NCBI GenBank assembly: GCA_033442325.1
Contig: JAWQFM010000018.1
Coordinates: 918,996-982,995 of the forward strand
DNA from: Salpingoeca rosetta
Lineage: Eukaryota; Protista; Choanoflagellata
Length of the DNA: 64,000 nucleotides
Direction: 5' to 3'
Part shown: positions 1 to 22,618 of the stretch, piece after piece
Layout of the letters: every line of letters begins with the position of its first letter
Numbering within the stretch: position 1 is the stretch's first letter
Translations under genes and position numbers: made by a program
The notes under the pieces: model-generated
Told to the model about the DNA's origin: nothing
Databases searched by the model: none
What the model saw: only the letters and a program-made list of their open reading frames with translations

Positions 1-53
<53 letters not shown>

Positions 54-336
54 TCACCATCGCCATCATCAGTGAGGTAGAGGAGGGCTGGCCCAGTTTC
101 GTTTAATGGCCAAAACTGAAATAACCAAACAGGGCGGAGTCAGGTCACATGAGAGCAACACAAGCGAAGCAAGAACTCGCTTCGGACGTGCACACACACA
201 CACACATACACACACATACACACACATACATTCACATACATTCACACACATTCACATACATTCACATACACACACATACACACACATACATTCACATACA
301 CACACATACACACACATAGTGTGTGCGTGCGTGGGT

Positions 337-9243
<8,907 letters not shown>

Positions 9244-9643
9244 CCTCGAGGTTCACCCCCGCGGCACGTCCTGACTGATGTGGGTTGAGCCCTTTGGTTT
9301 GTTGGCTGGCTGTCGTTGGCTGGCGGTGGTTGGTTGCCTCCTGTCGTCTCGCACCACCTCACTCACTCTGTTCTTTCTTCTTCTTCTGTTGTTGTCGTCG
9401 AAATGAGTCATCCTTTGCAAATTGCGCGCATCGGATCGCAATTGGCAACAGCCCAGCACTTTTGCTTGATGTGAAGCAACAAAGAGCGAGCACAAGCAAG
9501 CAGCACCAACCGCGATTGCAGTCATCCACGCACCACGCACACGCATCAAACGCGCATTCCGTGGCGCAGCAGAGTGCAGAGCGCAGAGAGCAGAGCATGC
9601 AGAGGAAGTCGATCACAAGAAGAACTGAGCGGAGATAGCACTG

Positions 9644-9752
<109 letters not shown>

Positions 9753-9856
9753 ACGCATTCATATTAACGCACCAACGCATTCACAAGCACGCTAACACAC
9801 TCCCCCCCCAACCAACCAACCAACACACACACACACACCCAACTCCCAACGCAAGG

Positions 9857-10810
9857 ATGAGGGGTGCGGAAGCACCGTCGGATCAGGTGCGTGCAAGCCC
9901 GGTGCGCAACTTTGTGGCGGGCGGTTTGACGGGGTGCGTGGCAAAGACGGTGGTCATGCCGCTGGACAGGCTCAAGATCTTGCTGCAGGGCCACCACCCC
10001 AAATACCACCGCTTCGGCGTGCTGTCGGGGCTGCGGGCCATCTACCGCAACGAGGGCGTCCGCGGCTACTTCCGCGGCAACAAGGCGCAGATGATGCGGG
10101 TGTTCCCTTACGCAGCCGTGCAGTTTTTGGTGTATGAGAAGTCGCGCGAGTTCTACATTGCGGAGCTTGGGCAGAAGCGGATCGTGTCCCTCTTCGCGGG
10201 CTCCACCGCCGGCATCTGCGCCGTGTGCACCACATACCCGCTGGACGTGCTGCGATCGCGCATGGCCTTCAAGGTGGGCGACGACCTCACCGTGCGGCAG
10301 GCCGTGCGCGACATCCTGCACACAGAGGGCAGCGCCGCCTTCTTCCGCGGCCTCAAGCCCACCCTGGCCGGCATGATCCCATATGCGGGCGTGAGCTTCT
10401 TCTGCTACGAGAACTTCAAGGCAGCCATCCTCAGCATCCCCGCGTTACGGCAGCGCCGCGACGACCCGCGGCACCTCAACCCGCTCGCCAACATCGCCGT
10501 CGGTGGTGTTGCGGGCGCCGTCGCACAGACGGTCTCGTATCCGCTCGACGTTGTTCGCCGCCGCATGCAGCTTGACGCCCACCGCCCGGACCAGGCACCG
10601 CGGTATCGCAGCATCGCGCAAGCACTCAAGGCGATATATGCGGAGAACGGCATGCGCAGCTTATTTCGCGGGCTCACCATCAACTACATTCGCGAGATTC
10701 CGCAAGCCGGGGTCGCATACACCGCATATGAGCTGTTGAAACGGCTGCTCAAGGTGTATCAGCCTGTCGTCACAGCGACAGACGCGCCACCAAAGCCCTC
10801 CAAACAATAG
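9857..10810 (+). CDS. SLC25A16: Mitochondrial carrier, Graves disease carrier / CoA transporter type, intronless
   Basis: Three PLD[R/V]x[K/R] carrier signatures. FVAGGLTGCVAKTVVMPLDRLKILLQGHHPKYHRFGV..GNKAQMMRVFPYAAVQF closely follows the SLC25A16/Leu5 subfamily (SLC25A42 is the alternative). ATG at 9857 after a CA run. Confidence 0.85.
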   Translation: MRGAEAPSDQVRASPVRNFVAGGLTGCVAKTVVMPLDRLKILLQGHHPKYHRFGVLSGLRAIYRNEGVRGYFRGNKAQMMRVFPYAAVQFLVYEKSREFYIAELGQKRIVSLFAGSTAGICAVCTTYPLDVLRSRMAFKVGDDLTVRQAVRDILHTEGSAAFFRGLKPTLAGMIPYAGVSFFCYENFKAAILSIPALRQRRDDPRHLNPLANIAVGGVAGAVAQTVSYPLDVVRRRMQLDAHRPDQAPRYRSIAQALKAIYAENGMRSLFRGLTINYIREIPQAGVAYTAYELLKRLLKVYQPVVTATDAPPKPSKQ

Positions 10811-11057
10811 CGTAAGGCGGGGGACGGACTGCTCTTTTCCCCCGTGCGTATTGTGATTTCAGGTTATGGCACATTGGCACTTTGACACTTTGGCACTTTG
10901 TTTGGTAGGCTCTTTCGTTGTTTGCTCCACTCGCTTGTCCTTCTCCTCCTTCCTTCTTGATTTCGTTCTCATTGCTTGCTCGCTGCCCGTATGTTTGCTG
11001 AGCTGGCTGCTTGGCTGATTCGTTGTTATTCAGTGCTTGTTTGTGTGAGTGGGTTTG

Positions 11058-11162
<105 letters not shown>

Positions 11163-11823
11163 TCCTTCTCCTTCAATCTTTCATTTCCCGTCTTCTTCTC
11201 GCCTTGCTTGTTGTGTTATGCGGTGTGGTGTGGGTTGCGTGCCAGGCGCGCAACAACAACAACAACAAAAAAGGGGGACCATGGCCACCACCACCCCCAG
11301 ATATAAACACCCCCTCCACCACCACCACCACTGAATTCACCGTTGCAGATCGCCCACAACTGGTTTCTGCCAACATGTGTGGTGAGTTCTGAGGAGGGGT
11401 TTTCATTCGATTTGAACCAATCATCGGTCACGACAAGCAGAGCACAGACACAACAACACGGAGCACGCGTGACAACAACCACCACGCCACCGCATTCACA
11501 TTCACAATCACAATCACATCATCCTGCACAAGATTACGCGACGAACACAACAATAAAACCAAAACACACAAGACACACAGCACGGGAATGGTGTGCAGCC
11601 ACGCACTAACAGGTGGTTGGCACAAGAACAGAAGCAAGAGATCCAACAAGGGCACAGTGACACAACCAGGGCCGGGAAGAAGGAAGGGGAGGGACAGAGC
11701 AAGCAAAACAAGGTGCAAGCAAGAGGCTGGCGTGGGGGAGGGGGCAAAATGAAGAGATGAGAGGGAAAGGAGAGAAAATGCACAACAAGCACTGAGTGGG
11801 CAAAAGTGTGACGTTGAGGGCGC

Positions 11824-12783
11824 TTACGACATGGTGCCAAAGACTGGGTTGTGTCGGCAGATGGAGGGGCCATACTCCTCGTAGTCGGCCTTGGTGTGGC
11901 ACACCTTGTAGAACTCGGGCTGGAGTGTGTGCGTGTGTAAGGGTGGAGTGAGTGAGATGCAGGCTTGCGCGCAACTGCAAGGACACAAACAACGGATGAC
12001 CGGCACTGGCGACGCTACACGCTCACCATGACCCCCCAATCATCGCCACAACGCCACAACACATACACACAACACATAGCACACGCACACAACACATAGC
12101 ACACGCACACACTACAGTGAAGCCGTATGACTTACGGTGGCAGCGAGCATGGAGCCGCCAAACCAGACGGCGTAGCGCTGCATGGCGTGCGAGACAACCT
12201 TCACCTCGATCGGCTGGGGCTGTTGGTGTCCGTCGAGCACAACAGTCGTTTGTAAATAGGAAAAGGAGGGTCAAAGGATGGTGGAGAGATTGCGTGAGCA
12301 AAGCAGCGCAGTGGCCATTGGAACACACACAAACTGCGAAGCACAAACGCGACACGGCACAAAACGCCAACGAAAGGAACCCGAAACACCACAGCAAAGA
12401 CAGCAAAGACAACAAAGACGGGATTGGGACCTTGAGCTTGCCGCCGGAGAGCTCCTCGCTGCGCTTGAGGCGGAGGTCGACGCGCTTCTGCACATCGCGC
12501 TCCAGACGGCGGCGGAAGTCCTTGAACATCGTCGAGCCGCCAGACAGCACAACATTCTGCACATTGGTTTGGGGCAAGAGAAGAGGGGAGGGGAGATGAG
12601 AGTGTTGTAGGTTGGGTAGGTTGGGCACATTGGGAAGGTGCGGGATCGATTTGAGGATGGTGACACAATGGAAAGAAAGCAAAGCAAACCTGAAACAATA
12701 TCCTCTCATCCAATGAACAACAAACACGCCACGCACGCACTATCCGTCCTCCAACGGGAGTCACCCCCGTTTTATCATCACCA

Positions 12784-12859
<76 letters not shown>

Positions 12860-14892
12860 CAACCACCACCTCCACCACCACCACCACCACCACCACCACC
12901 AGCAGCACCAGCAGCACTATTCCTACAACCAAGCAGCGCACCTTGTAGAGGCCGCGGCGGACGTCGATGGGCGACTGCTGCACGACCGTGTCCACGGTCT
13001 CGGAGATGGAGGTCTTGAAGTCCGGGTTGGCAAACTCGGGGTGGAAGAAAATCTCGGGCCCGAGGAAGCGCTCGTAGCCAACGTCGACGGAGAAGGGCTT
13101 CTTCGTGACCCTGTTGTGGCCCGTGTACTGCTTAAAGTACTTGTCGGGCTGCTTGTCGTACTTCTCAAACTCCTTGACAATGTCTGGGCAGACATATGTG
13201 TAGCGCTCCTTGATGCGCTTGGCAACCTCGAGCGACTGCTCGGGCGGGATGCCAACCTCGCGCTCGCGGAGCAGCTGCTGCACGAAGTATGTGATGTCGC
13301 GGCCAGCAATCGGGATGTGCTTGATGCAGCTGCCAATCACATACCCCTCGGCCTGCGCGCGCGCGCGTGTGTGTGTGTGCGTGTGCGTGTGTGTGTTGGG
13401 GTGACGGAGAAAGGAGTGGGTTTTGACGTGAGAACAGGTCAACGTTGGATGAGGTGTGCGCAAGGTCGTGTCAAACAAGATGCATGCGAGGGTACGCACA
13501 CACGACCAAGATGTCACCTTCAGATACACACAATGCAAGCACACGAGCAGGCACGCTCGCGCGCGCACACACACGCACGCGCACATGCTTACATGCACAC
13601 ATGCACACATGCACAACACGCACGCTCTCTCTTTCGTGTGAACGCACCACTGGGATGACGTGGGTGACACCGTCACCAGAGTCGATGACGCAGCCGGTGA
13701 GGGTGCGCTCGGCCTTCTTCGACGTCCACGACGCCGCAAGGGCAAGCACGGCCTGCACCGCAATGTACATGCCAGGGACGTTGAACGACTCGAACATAAT
13801 CTCGGCAAGGTACTCGCGGTTCTCGGGCGGGTTCAGTGGCGGCTCCGTGAGCAGGAAGTAGTGGTCCTCAGGCTCCGCACGCAGGTACTTGAAGATGGCC
13901 TGCTCGTAGAACTTCTCCTGTACAAAACCACCAAGCACACAGAGCAGAGATGTGTGTGTGTGGAGGGGAAACGAGCGATGTGAGTGCAAGCGTGTCGACC
14001 GTGGACATGATTGTCACAGGCGCTTGCAGGTCGACGCACGCACACGCACATACACGCGAGCAAGCGCATGCATGCAAGAGGAAGAGATAAGAGTGCACGC
14101 AGTCGCGAGCTCCAGCCGGCCGGGGGGGGGGCGACTGACCATGAGATCCCAGTCCTCGACAATGCCGTGGCGGACAGGGTACTTTGTGGCATACCCGGGT
14201 GTGTTCATGGCCTCATCGCCAATGTAGAAGTCTGCCCCATTCAAGCAAGGGGTTGCAATTTGCAATTGAGCACGCGGGTCGGCAAACAAGGGGCAGAAGC
14301 GCATGGATGGGCGGCGGCTGCTAACAAAGGCATGCACATACACAAAAAAATGCGCATGCATCACGGCACACACAAACGCGCATGCATCACGGCACATACC
14401 GAGGTCGTCGACGCCCTGTGCCATGCCACGCCCGACGTTCTCCTTCACTCCAATGGCTGCAAAAAGGCACGAACAAAAAAAAGTACAGTGTGAGACTTTC
14501 GCGAGACGCACGTCATCAAAAGACACTGTGGCGCGCCGACGCCGCTGTTGGAGCTTGACTCTCCCAGCAAGCGAGCACACACACTCACTGACACACGCGC
14601 TGAATCCAAACACACGCGCGGCACATCCAAACACACGCACGGTGAATCCAAGCACCCTCACACACACACACACACGCACGCACGCACGCACGCACGCACG
14701 CGCGCACACACATAAAATCCCTCCCGCCTCGTACACACACACGCACTCTCCCCCCCCCCAAACTCAACCTCTTCACCCATGCACGCGCGCACCAGAGGGG
14801 AAGATGTAGGAGGGCTCCGAGTTGCCGGCAAAGCCCATCTTTGTGTAGCCAGTGCCAACATCGATGACACAGGCTGGCATTTTGCTCGCCAT
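11824..14892 (-). CDS. ACTR3: Actin-related protein 3 (Arp2/3 complex), 8 coding exons
   Basis: [24 protein letters not shown].., [75 protein letters not shown], and C-terminal [25 protein letters not shown] are diagnostic of Arp3. GT-AG junctions are in phase. Confidence 0.97.
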
Positions 14893-15013
14893 CTAAGCAA
14901 CATAAGCAAGGGAGATGCTGGGTGAGTCACGGTAGCAAGAAGGGAGCCACTGCGTGTCTGCCTTCCCATTGGCTTGCTTGTGACATGCAGAAGCATGCAA
15001 AAGCAGGTGTTTA

Positions 15014-15067
<54 letters not shown>

Positions 15068-15262
15068 TGTGTGTGTGTGTCTGTGTGTGTGTGTGTGTGG
15101 TTGCGTCGACTGTTTGGTGTAGAAACACACTTCACCAAACAAAACAAACAAATCAACCAACAAACCAACACACCAACACCACCACCAGCAGTCCTATGCT
15201 CCCGCTCGCGTTCACATGGCTGATCTCCCACCCACACCGAGCACACAACAGATGTGCCTGAC
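14893..15262 (-). other. Probable 5'-UTR intron of ARP3 ending directly at the ATG
   Basis: Donor AAG|gtcagg at 15262, acceptor ttgcttag|ATG at 14893, with the typical intronic CA run between. Confidence 0.55.
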
Positions 15263-15296
15263 CTTGGCTGTTTGCTTGTGTGTGAGAGTGAGAGCG

Positions 15297-15359
<63 letters not shown>

Positions 15360-15635
15360 CGATGGACGCTGCCTGTGTTTGTGTTTGCGGAGTGGTGCGT
15401 CAGTGCTGAGTGGCCGTCTGTTGTCGTCCTTTGCTTTTGCTTTGCTGTGCGGGGGTTTGAGGCAAAGAGGATAAGCTTGGGAAGATGTTGCTAATTTTCA
15501 TTGTACAGCTCAACTCGCTGGGCATGATATACAACTCGCACACAACTGCTCTCTTTTAACGCACTACAACGCACAAAACGCAGTATCCACCACCACATCC
15601 ACTCCATTTTGTCATGTCGCCACTGATACTCAACC

Positions 15636-17762
15636 TCAATCCGCATCCCTGTTGTCGTCGTGTGTGTGTGTGTGTGTGTGTGTACACAGGAGTGCGCTGA
15701 TGAGTTGGGAGATTGGAGGGATTGGAGGAGCTGCAGGCATGTGTTGACATGCATGTGTTGGTGTGTGTGTGTGTGTGTGGAACAACTGAGAGTTCAAGTT
15801 TCGAATGCACGCTCACCTTCCACTGATGCGTGGGCGGTTGACCTTGCGCACGCCCGTTCCCGGCGCTGCGTGTGTCATAACGTTCTCCAGCTCATACGAC
15901 TCCGCCTGTTCATCTTCCTCGTCCGCCTAGGAGGTATGCATTAACATTAAGTGAGCACGCCATGAACAGGATGCACATATCATGCGCACGCTGAGCAGGA
16001 GCGTGGGCAACACTCACAGACAGCGATCGCCCATGTCGCATATCAATCACAAATCAGCGAGCTCTGCACACACAAACACTCACGAACACATGCACACTCA
16101 CGAACACATGCACACTCACGAACACGTACACACTCACGAACACATGCACACTCACGAACACATGCACACTCACGAACACATGCACACTCACTCATCCCTC
16201 GCTCGTCCCTCACTCACTCACAAACACATGAACCAAGACATAAGGCTCACCCGCGCCAATCGAACATAGTCGTTGCCTTCGTGCGGCGAGAACATTGACC
16301 TGTCAGCAGTGGAGCAGAAGAAGGCCACAGGCAGAACAAGCTCAGTGACTGGAGGAAGCTTCAACCCCCAGACAAGAGTGGCAGACGCACGCACGCACAC
16401 AACATGTGCACAGACGCACACAAACACACCCAGACACACAACCTGTGCGCATACATGCACACAAACGTGTGACCCAAGAAGCAAAAGCAGGTGCACGACA
16501 AAGACGACGCACCCTGTGACCATGTACATGCCGAGGGTAAGGAGCTCTGTGAGGAGGGAGGTGACCCAGCGGTAGCGGAAGGGCACCGTGCTCGCCATGA
16601 AGTAGATGATGATGCGCGTCACTGCAGCGGGGGGGGGGTGAGTAAGTGTGTGTGTGTGTGTGTGTGACAGTGAGTGAGTGAGTGCTTGTGTGTGTGTGTG
16701 TGCGTGTGTGTGTGTGTGTGTGTGAGTGAGTGAGTGTGTGTGTGAGTGAGTGAGTGTGTGTGTGTGTGCTTGTGTGTGTGTGTGTGAGTGTGTGTGTGTG
16801 TGTGTGTTATGCAACGCGATGGTGACCATCATGCCACCGCAAGGCAATTCACAAGTGTGCATGTGTGGGTCGGGTACGCACGGTAGATGTAGCCAATCAT
16901 GAGAACATAGAAGCGGCGGAAGAGGCGAAGCTTCTGCAGGCTCACGGCTGCTTTGCCGTCAATCTCAGCAGCACTCTGAACAAATCATGATGAAGGACAA
17001 GATGGAGGTGGGAAGACATGCGGTGTGGGGAGGGTGGGGAAAACAGTGACAGGATCAGTTCACGCAAGTGGGAGCAATGGCATGTTTGGTGCACACGCAC
17101 ATGGCGTCCCGCACACCAGTAAAGCGTGCATGCTGCACACTTGCGCAGTGCGTACTTGAAAACGTAAATACAGATGTGCCACGTGTCGCACTTGCAAATA
17201 CACACGCATTCACGCACTCACACGCAAATACACACGCAAATACACGCCCATGTTGCACGCGTCCAACAGCAGCGTGTCTGACCTGAAGGTGGTCGATTGA
17301 CCAGACGATGGGAAAGAGGATGGCGCCGCAGCAGATGAGGTCGATGGTAAACCCAATTGCACGCCACGCACTGGTGCGGGACGGGGGTAGGGGGATTTGG
17401 GGTTGGTGTGAACAGATGATGGGAGGAGCCAAAGCGTGTTGTCGGGTGAGTAAAGGGGGGAGCCGGGAGAACAATTTGGATCGTGCACACGCACATACAC
17501 GGATGCAAACGCACACACACGGATGATAACGCACACGTGCCCTCAAACACACACATGCCCTCATTCTCTGTGTCACCTTCGTTCGCGCGATCCCTCTGCT
17601 GCTTCCTCAAGAACAATGGCGGCAACGTTGGCAAAGACCTGCACAGCAGCAGCAGCAGCAGTTGTACTTTGCGATGAGGAGGTGGGCTAAACTAGGGTAC
17701 GACTGCTCCTGTTAGTGTAATTGTTGTTGCCGCTTCTGCTGCAGATGGAAACAACTCGCTCA

Positions 17763-17801
<39 letters not shown>

Positions 17802-18476
17802 TCACTTACTCACGTACTCGCTCACTCACACACACACACGCAGACACAGACACGAAGACACACAGGGCACACGGTGCACGTGTCCCAGCAGCACAACCGC
17901 AGCAGCAGGGCGGTCACCTGGAGTGGGAGGACGATCATGAAGAGGCGCTTTTCCTTTGAGGAGAGCACGCGCTTGATGAAGCCGTAACCGACGCCAACAA
18001 GCAGCACCGTCAGGAACAGCAGCATGCCCTGCACACATCGCAAGCGGTTGCAAGGTGGTGAAGTGATCACAGTAGTGGTGGGCATGAATGGGCATGGCCA
18101 ACGCATGAAAAGTGCTGACACACACAAGACACACATACACACAAGACACGCATACACAAATACACACACAAGACGCAAGATACATACATACACACGAACG
18201 AGACACACAAGACACAAAACGACCACACACGTGCAAGTGCCCGCCATTCAAAACACGACAACGCACGCGCGCAAAGTTGATGACGTAGTATGTGATGGCC
18301 CAGCCCTCATCTGGGGTGCCGCGCGTGCTGATAAAGTGGTAGTCGACAGCATGAAATGTACTGGACAGCACCTTGAAGCACACGAGCGCGAGCATCATGT
18401 AGTGGATCTTGTACAGGTACATGCTGCGCATGCGTGTGTTGTGCGTGGTATGTGTCGTGTGTGCGTAGTGTGTGTC

Positions 18477-18554
<78 letters not shown>

Positions 18555-18896
18555 GTGTCGGGTGTGTGCGTGTGTGTCGGGTGTGTGCGTTGCCGTGTAA
18601 TGGTGAGCACGTGAAATGAATGTCACAAGCAGTGGAAATGGAGACTTGCTCATCACAGCACAAACGCAAAGCAGGACAGTCCATCCGCACTCAACACACG
18701 CATAGGCACAGGGAAGCGTGCTCGCTGGCCCGAGTACTGCGACGTACGATGATCGGTTGCGCCAGAGGATATATGCCCATGCAACAGCAGCGACACCGAA
18801 CAGCGCCGCTGTTGTTCCATACACAATGGGAAGTTGCCGCTGTGGGAGGAATTGGGGCGGAGATGGGGGTGGTTACAAGTGAGGGGAGGCCGGTGC

Positions 18897-18981
<85 letters not shown>

Positions 18982-19560
18982 ATCAAATGCGGGAACGCAA
19001 AGCGAAGAGAAAGGACAAGGCGCGCAATGCAAGGGCATAAACTTGTCTTGTTTGCTCACCAGCCCAGCGCCGAGGTAGTCCGGGCCAGGATTGACCTCAA
19101 TCATGCGGATCTGATTGAAACACACACATGCACACGATTGCGGTTGTGCGGGTGTGTGAGGTAACGAAACCAGCTGGCCAGAGCAGTGTGACATCCAGTA
19201 CAGTCGGGGGGATGTCAATAACCAACACACGGCAGGGGCTCGAAGAGGGCAAGTACATTGTGTGTGGTGGACGCGTTACCTCGGCGTCGATGGCTGGTGG
19301 ACCAAAGGCGCAGATGTGAAACGCAACCGTGTAGATGTCTTCGCCAGCCTTGTCATTGAGGGACAGCACAACCTGCTGCACCGTGGTGTTGTCAACCGTC
19401 GAAGCCTCCACGTTGACATATGCCAGATCATCCAGCGGCGTGCCCCAGCTGCTCAAAGAAAGCAAGGGTGTGAACAGAAGAAAGGTTGAGCTCTGACAAT
19501 CGCCGGTGCAACCACAAACGGTGCACGTGCTCGCACACAAACACACACAAACACACACAA

Positions 19561-19593
<33 letters not shown>

Positions 19594-20474
19594 AACACAC
19601 ACACATACACGCACGCACGCACGCACACGGACACGCGCGTGCTGACGGCTGCTTACCCTGTGTATTGGTCTGTGTCGCTGATGGTGAACGGGAAGCGCAT
19701 GGAGCGCTCGTCAACGATCGCATCATCGGAGAAGATGCATGTGTCTTGCATGTCCATTGTGTATTCGATGGCCGCCTCCATGTTGCGGTGTACCGTGAAG
19801 CCAACGGCCTCCACGGGTTTCTTCAGGTGCACCTGTCATCGTACGTGGGTAGAACGTCACAGGGTAGCGACAACACCCCTTCGTCAGTATCAGGTTGGCA
19901 TCGGCGTGCATCACATTGCATGTATGTGCATGCAGAGGCAAGGCAACAACACACACATACACACACATACACACACATACACACACATACACACACTCAC
20001 ACTCACACAAACACACACACACACACAAAACACACATCTCACTCTCACTCACTAACACACTCACTCACTCACTCACTCACTCACATACACACACTCACAC
20101 TCACACAAACACACACACACACGCACGACATACATCAGAGACTTGGATTGTGATTGACCCTCCTTGCAAGAGGCCAAACGAGGAGATGATAAAGTAACGA
20201 CGGCTCTCATCCTTCAGCTCCAGATGGTGGATGCGAGCGTTCACTACTCCATGTTGATGGCACAAGACAAGCAACAGCAGGGCAGACAGAAGATGATGTG
20301 GCGAGGGTATGTGAGCAGATGCGGAGACTGTGCATTGTACGTTGTACGTTAGACGCACACGCACACGCACACGCACACGCACGCACGCACGCACGCACAC
20401 AGGGAGCAGACCCACGCACCTGGCGTGGCGAGCAGAGCGGCGACGAGCATCGCCGCTAACGCCAACACCTTCAT
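15636..20474 (-). CDS. GPR107: Lung seven-transmembrane receptor family (GOST) protein, GPR107/GPR108-like, multi-exon
   Basis: Signal peptide MKVLALAAMLVAALLATP spliced to VNARIHHLELKDESRRYFIISSFGLLQGG. Family motifs: IEVNPGPDYLGAG, YKIHYMMLALVCFK, GMLLFLTVLLVGVGYGFIKRVLSSKEKRLFMIVLPLQV, IDLICCGAILFPIVWSIDHLQ, LQKLRLFRRFYV..GYIY, TRIIIY..TVPFRYRW. The last small exon (RDAD*, stop 15636) is inferred. Confidence 0.88.
16076..16190. repeat. 18-bp minisatellite (cactcacgaacacatgca), ~6 copies, intronic
   Basis: Directly visible in a GPR107-like intron. Confidence 0.9.
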
Positions 20475-20660
20475 CCACACAGTCGTCATCGTCAGCGGTT
20501 TGCGTTGGTGGTGGTGGAGAAACGAAAATAGAGGATGTGAAGCCGACGCCATAAACAGTAGCGTCAGGCAGGACTGTGTGTGTGTGTGTGTCTGTGTGTG
20601 TGTGTGTCTGTGTGTGTGTGTGTGTGTCTGTGTGTGTGTGTGTGTCTGTGTGTGTGTGTG

Positions 20661-20701
<41 letters not shown>

Positions 20702-21053
20702 TCTGTCTGTCTGTGTTTTGATTCATCAAGGCGCATCATCAGCCACACCACACGTTTTACACTACACAGCCGACACGGGTGCACGATAGCACGATTACGG
20801 TGGCACTTTCATTTGCGTTCTCACACCCCCACTTGTGTTTGTGGCTGGCTGCGGCTGCGCGTTCGCATGACGCTGTAATCAGGAATAACGGGTCTAACGG
20901 CCAGGCACGCATGCACCAAACACAAAGCAAGCAAAAGAAACGCAAACACACACGGAACAAAACCACAAGGGTACACAAAAGCAATGCATGAAGATAAGCA
21001 CAAAGGAACAACGTGGAAGAAAACGCGCGCGCACACACAATACCAACATGTCG

Positions 21054-22581
21054 TTAGAGCACACTGCAGCAGCCACCAGAGTCATTTGTCCGAGAAGCGG
21101 GAACAGGAGAACTTTGAGGCGATGAATCTTGACCGCTCTCAGCACGACTGCGAATGCGCTGCAAGGTACGCTCCGCCATGCGTGTGTGGGGGTGGTCTGG
21201 CCCAAGTGCGACTGTGAAAATGTCAAGCGCCTGTTGCATGTAGGCTAAGGCCTGCTCCTTCTCGCCGCAGGTGTCGTGTAGCAGGGCAATGTTGAAGTAA
21301 GACGATGCTGTGCCCCGGTGCTTCTCCCCAAGCGTCTTCAACTTGATGCCGAGGGCCGTCTTGTAATGCTGGATGGCCTTGCCATACTCGCCTTTGCTCT
21401 TAAAGGCAATGCCGAGGTTGCCGTAAGTACTCGCCGTGCTCGAGTGTTGTTCGCCCAGCGCCTCCACCTTGATGGCAAGGGCCTTCTCATACAGCTCAAT
21501 CGCTTTGTCATACTCGCCCTTGTGGCGGTATGCTTCGCCGAGGTTGTTGTAAGTACCCGCTGTTTTCGGGTGCTTCTCCCCAAGTGTCTCCATCGTGATG
21601 GCGAGGTCCTTCTCATAATATGAAATCGCCTTGTCGTATTCGCCCTTGTTGTCGTAGGCAAGGCCGAGGTTGTTGTAGGTGTCTGCCGTGCTCTGATGCT
21701 TCTCGCCTAGTAAGGCGACCTTGATTTCGAGGCTCTTCTCGTGGCACGCAATCGCCTTGTCATCGTCGCCCTTGCTGTGGTAGGCACTGCCGAGGTTGTT
21801 GTATGTTTGAGCTGTGCTGGTGTCCTTCTCGCCCAGCGTCTCCACCCTGATCGCGAGGCCCTTCTCATAATATGAAATCGCCTTATCGTACTCGCCCTTG
21901 CTGTGGTAGGCGCCGCCGAGGTTGTTGTACAGGGCAGCCACGTTCCCTCCTTTTCCCCCTTCAGTGCGCAGCCGAATCGCCAAGGCTGTTTTGTAGTGGG
22001 CAATGGCCTTGTCGTGCTCGCCAAAGTCGTCCAGTACGAGACCGACTTGATGGCACAACGTGGCAAACGTCTCTGTCCCATCGTCACCGCGTGCCCGCAT
22101 GGCGTCCGCTGCAGCCACCGCCTTCTCCAGGCACCACTCGCGCAGCTGGTCCTTCACAGCCTGGTTGAGAGCCGCAAAGCCAGCGCCGTGCTGGATGGCC
22201 TCGAAGATCATGTCCTTGTCGCGCGGGTTGAAGGCCTCTGCCCGCTCTGCCTGCACGCGCACCAAGGTATCGGTCACTGCCTCGTAGTTGTCGCGGATGG
22301 CCTCTTCCAGCGCCTTCTCCTCGCTGTTGGGCAGGCGGATGTTGACCTCTGTGCCCTCGTTGCTGATGCCGCAGAAGATCTCCCACAGGCACCACGCGCG
22401 TGTGAGTGGCACGGGGTCACGCCACGGCATGAGCACCAGCAGCACGCGCCCAATGTTGGCAATCGACTCCTTGAACGTCGTGCTCCACCTGATATGGGGG
22501 GGGGTGTTGTGGTGTGGAGGGAGGTGGGAGAGGAGAAAGGCATGTGAGGAAGTGGGGGTGTGAGCGAGATTATGGAGGTAC

Positions 22582-22618
<37 letters not shown>

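Noticed and set aside
12775-12915. Consecutive (CAT)(CAG)(CAC) trinucleotide runs that look coding
   Set aside because: They lie inside an ARP3 intron; Arp3 splices cleanly across them (GLYK|NVVLSGG).
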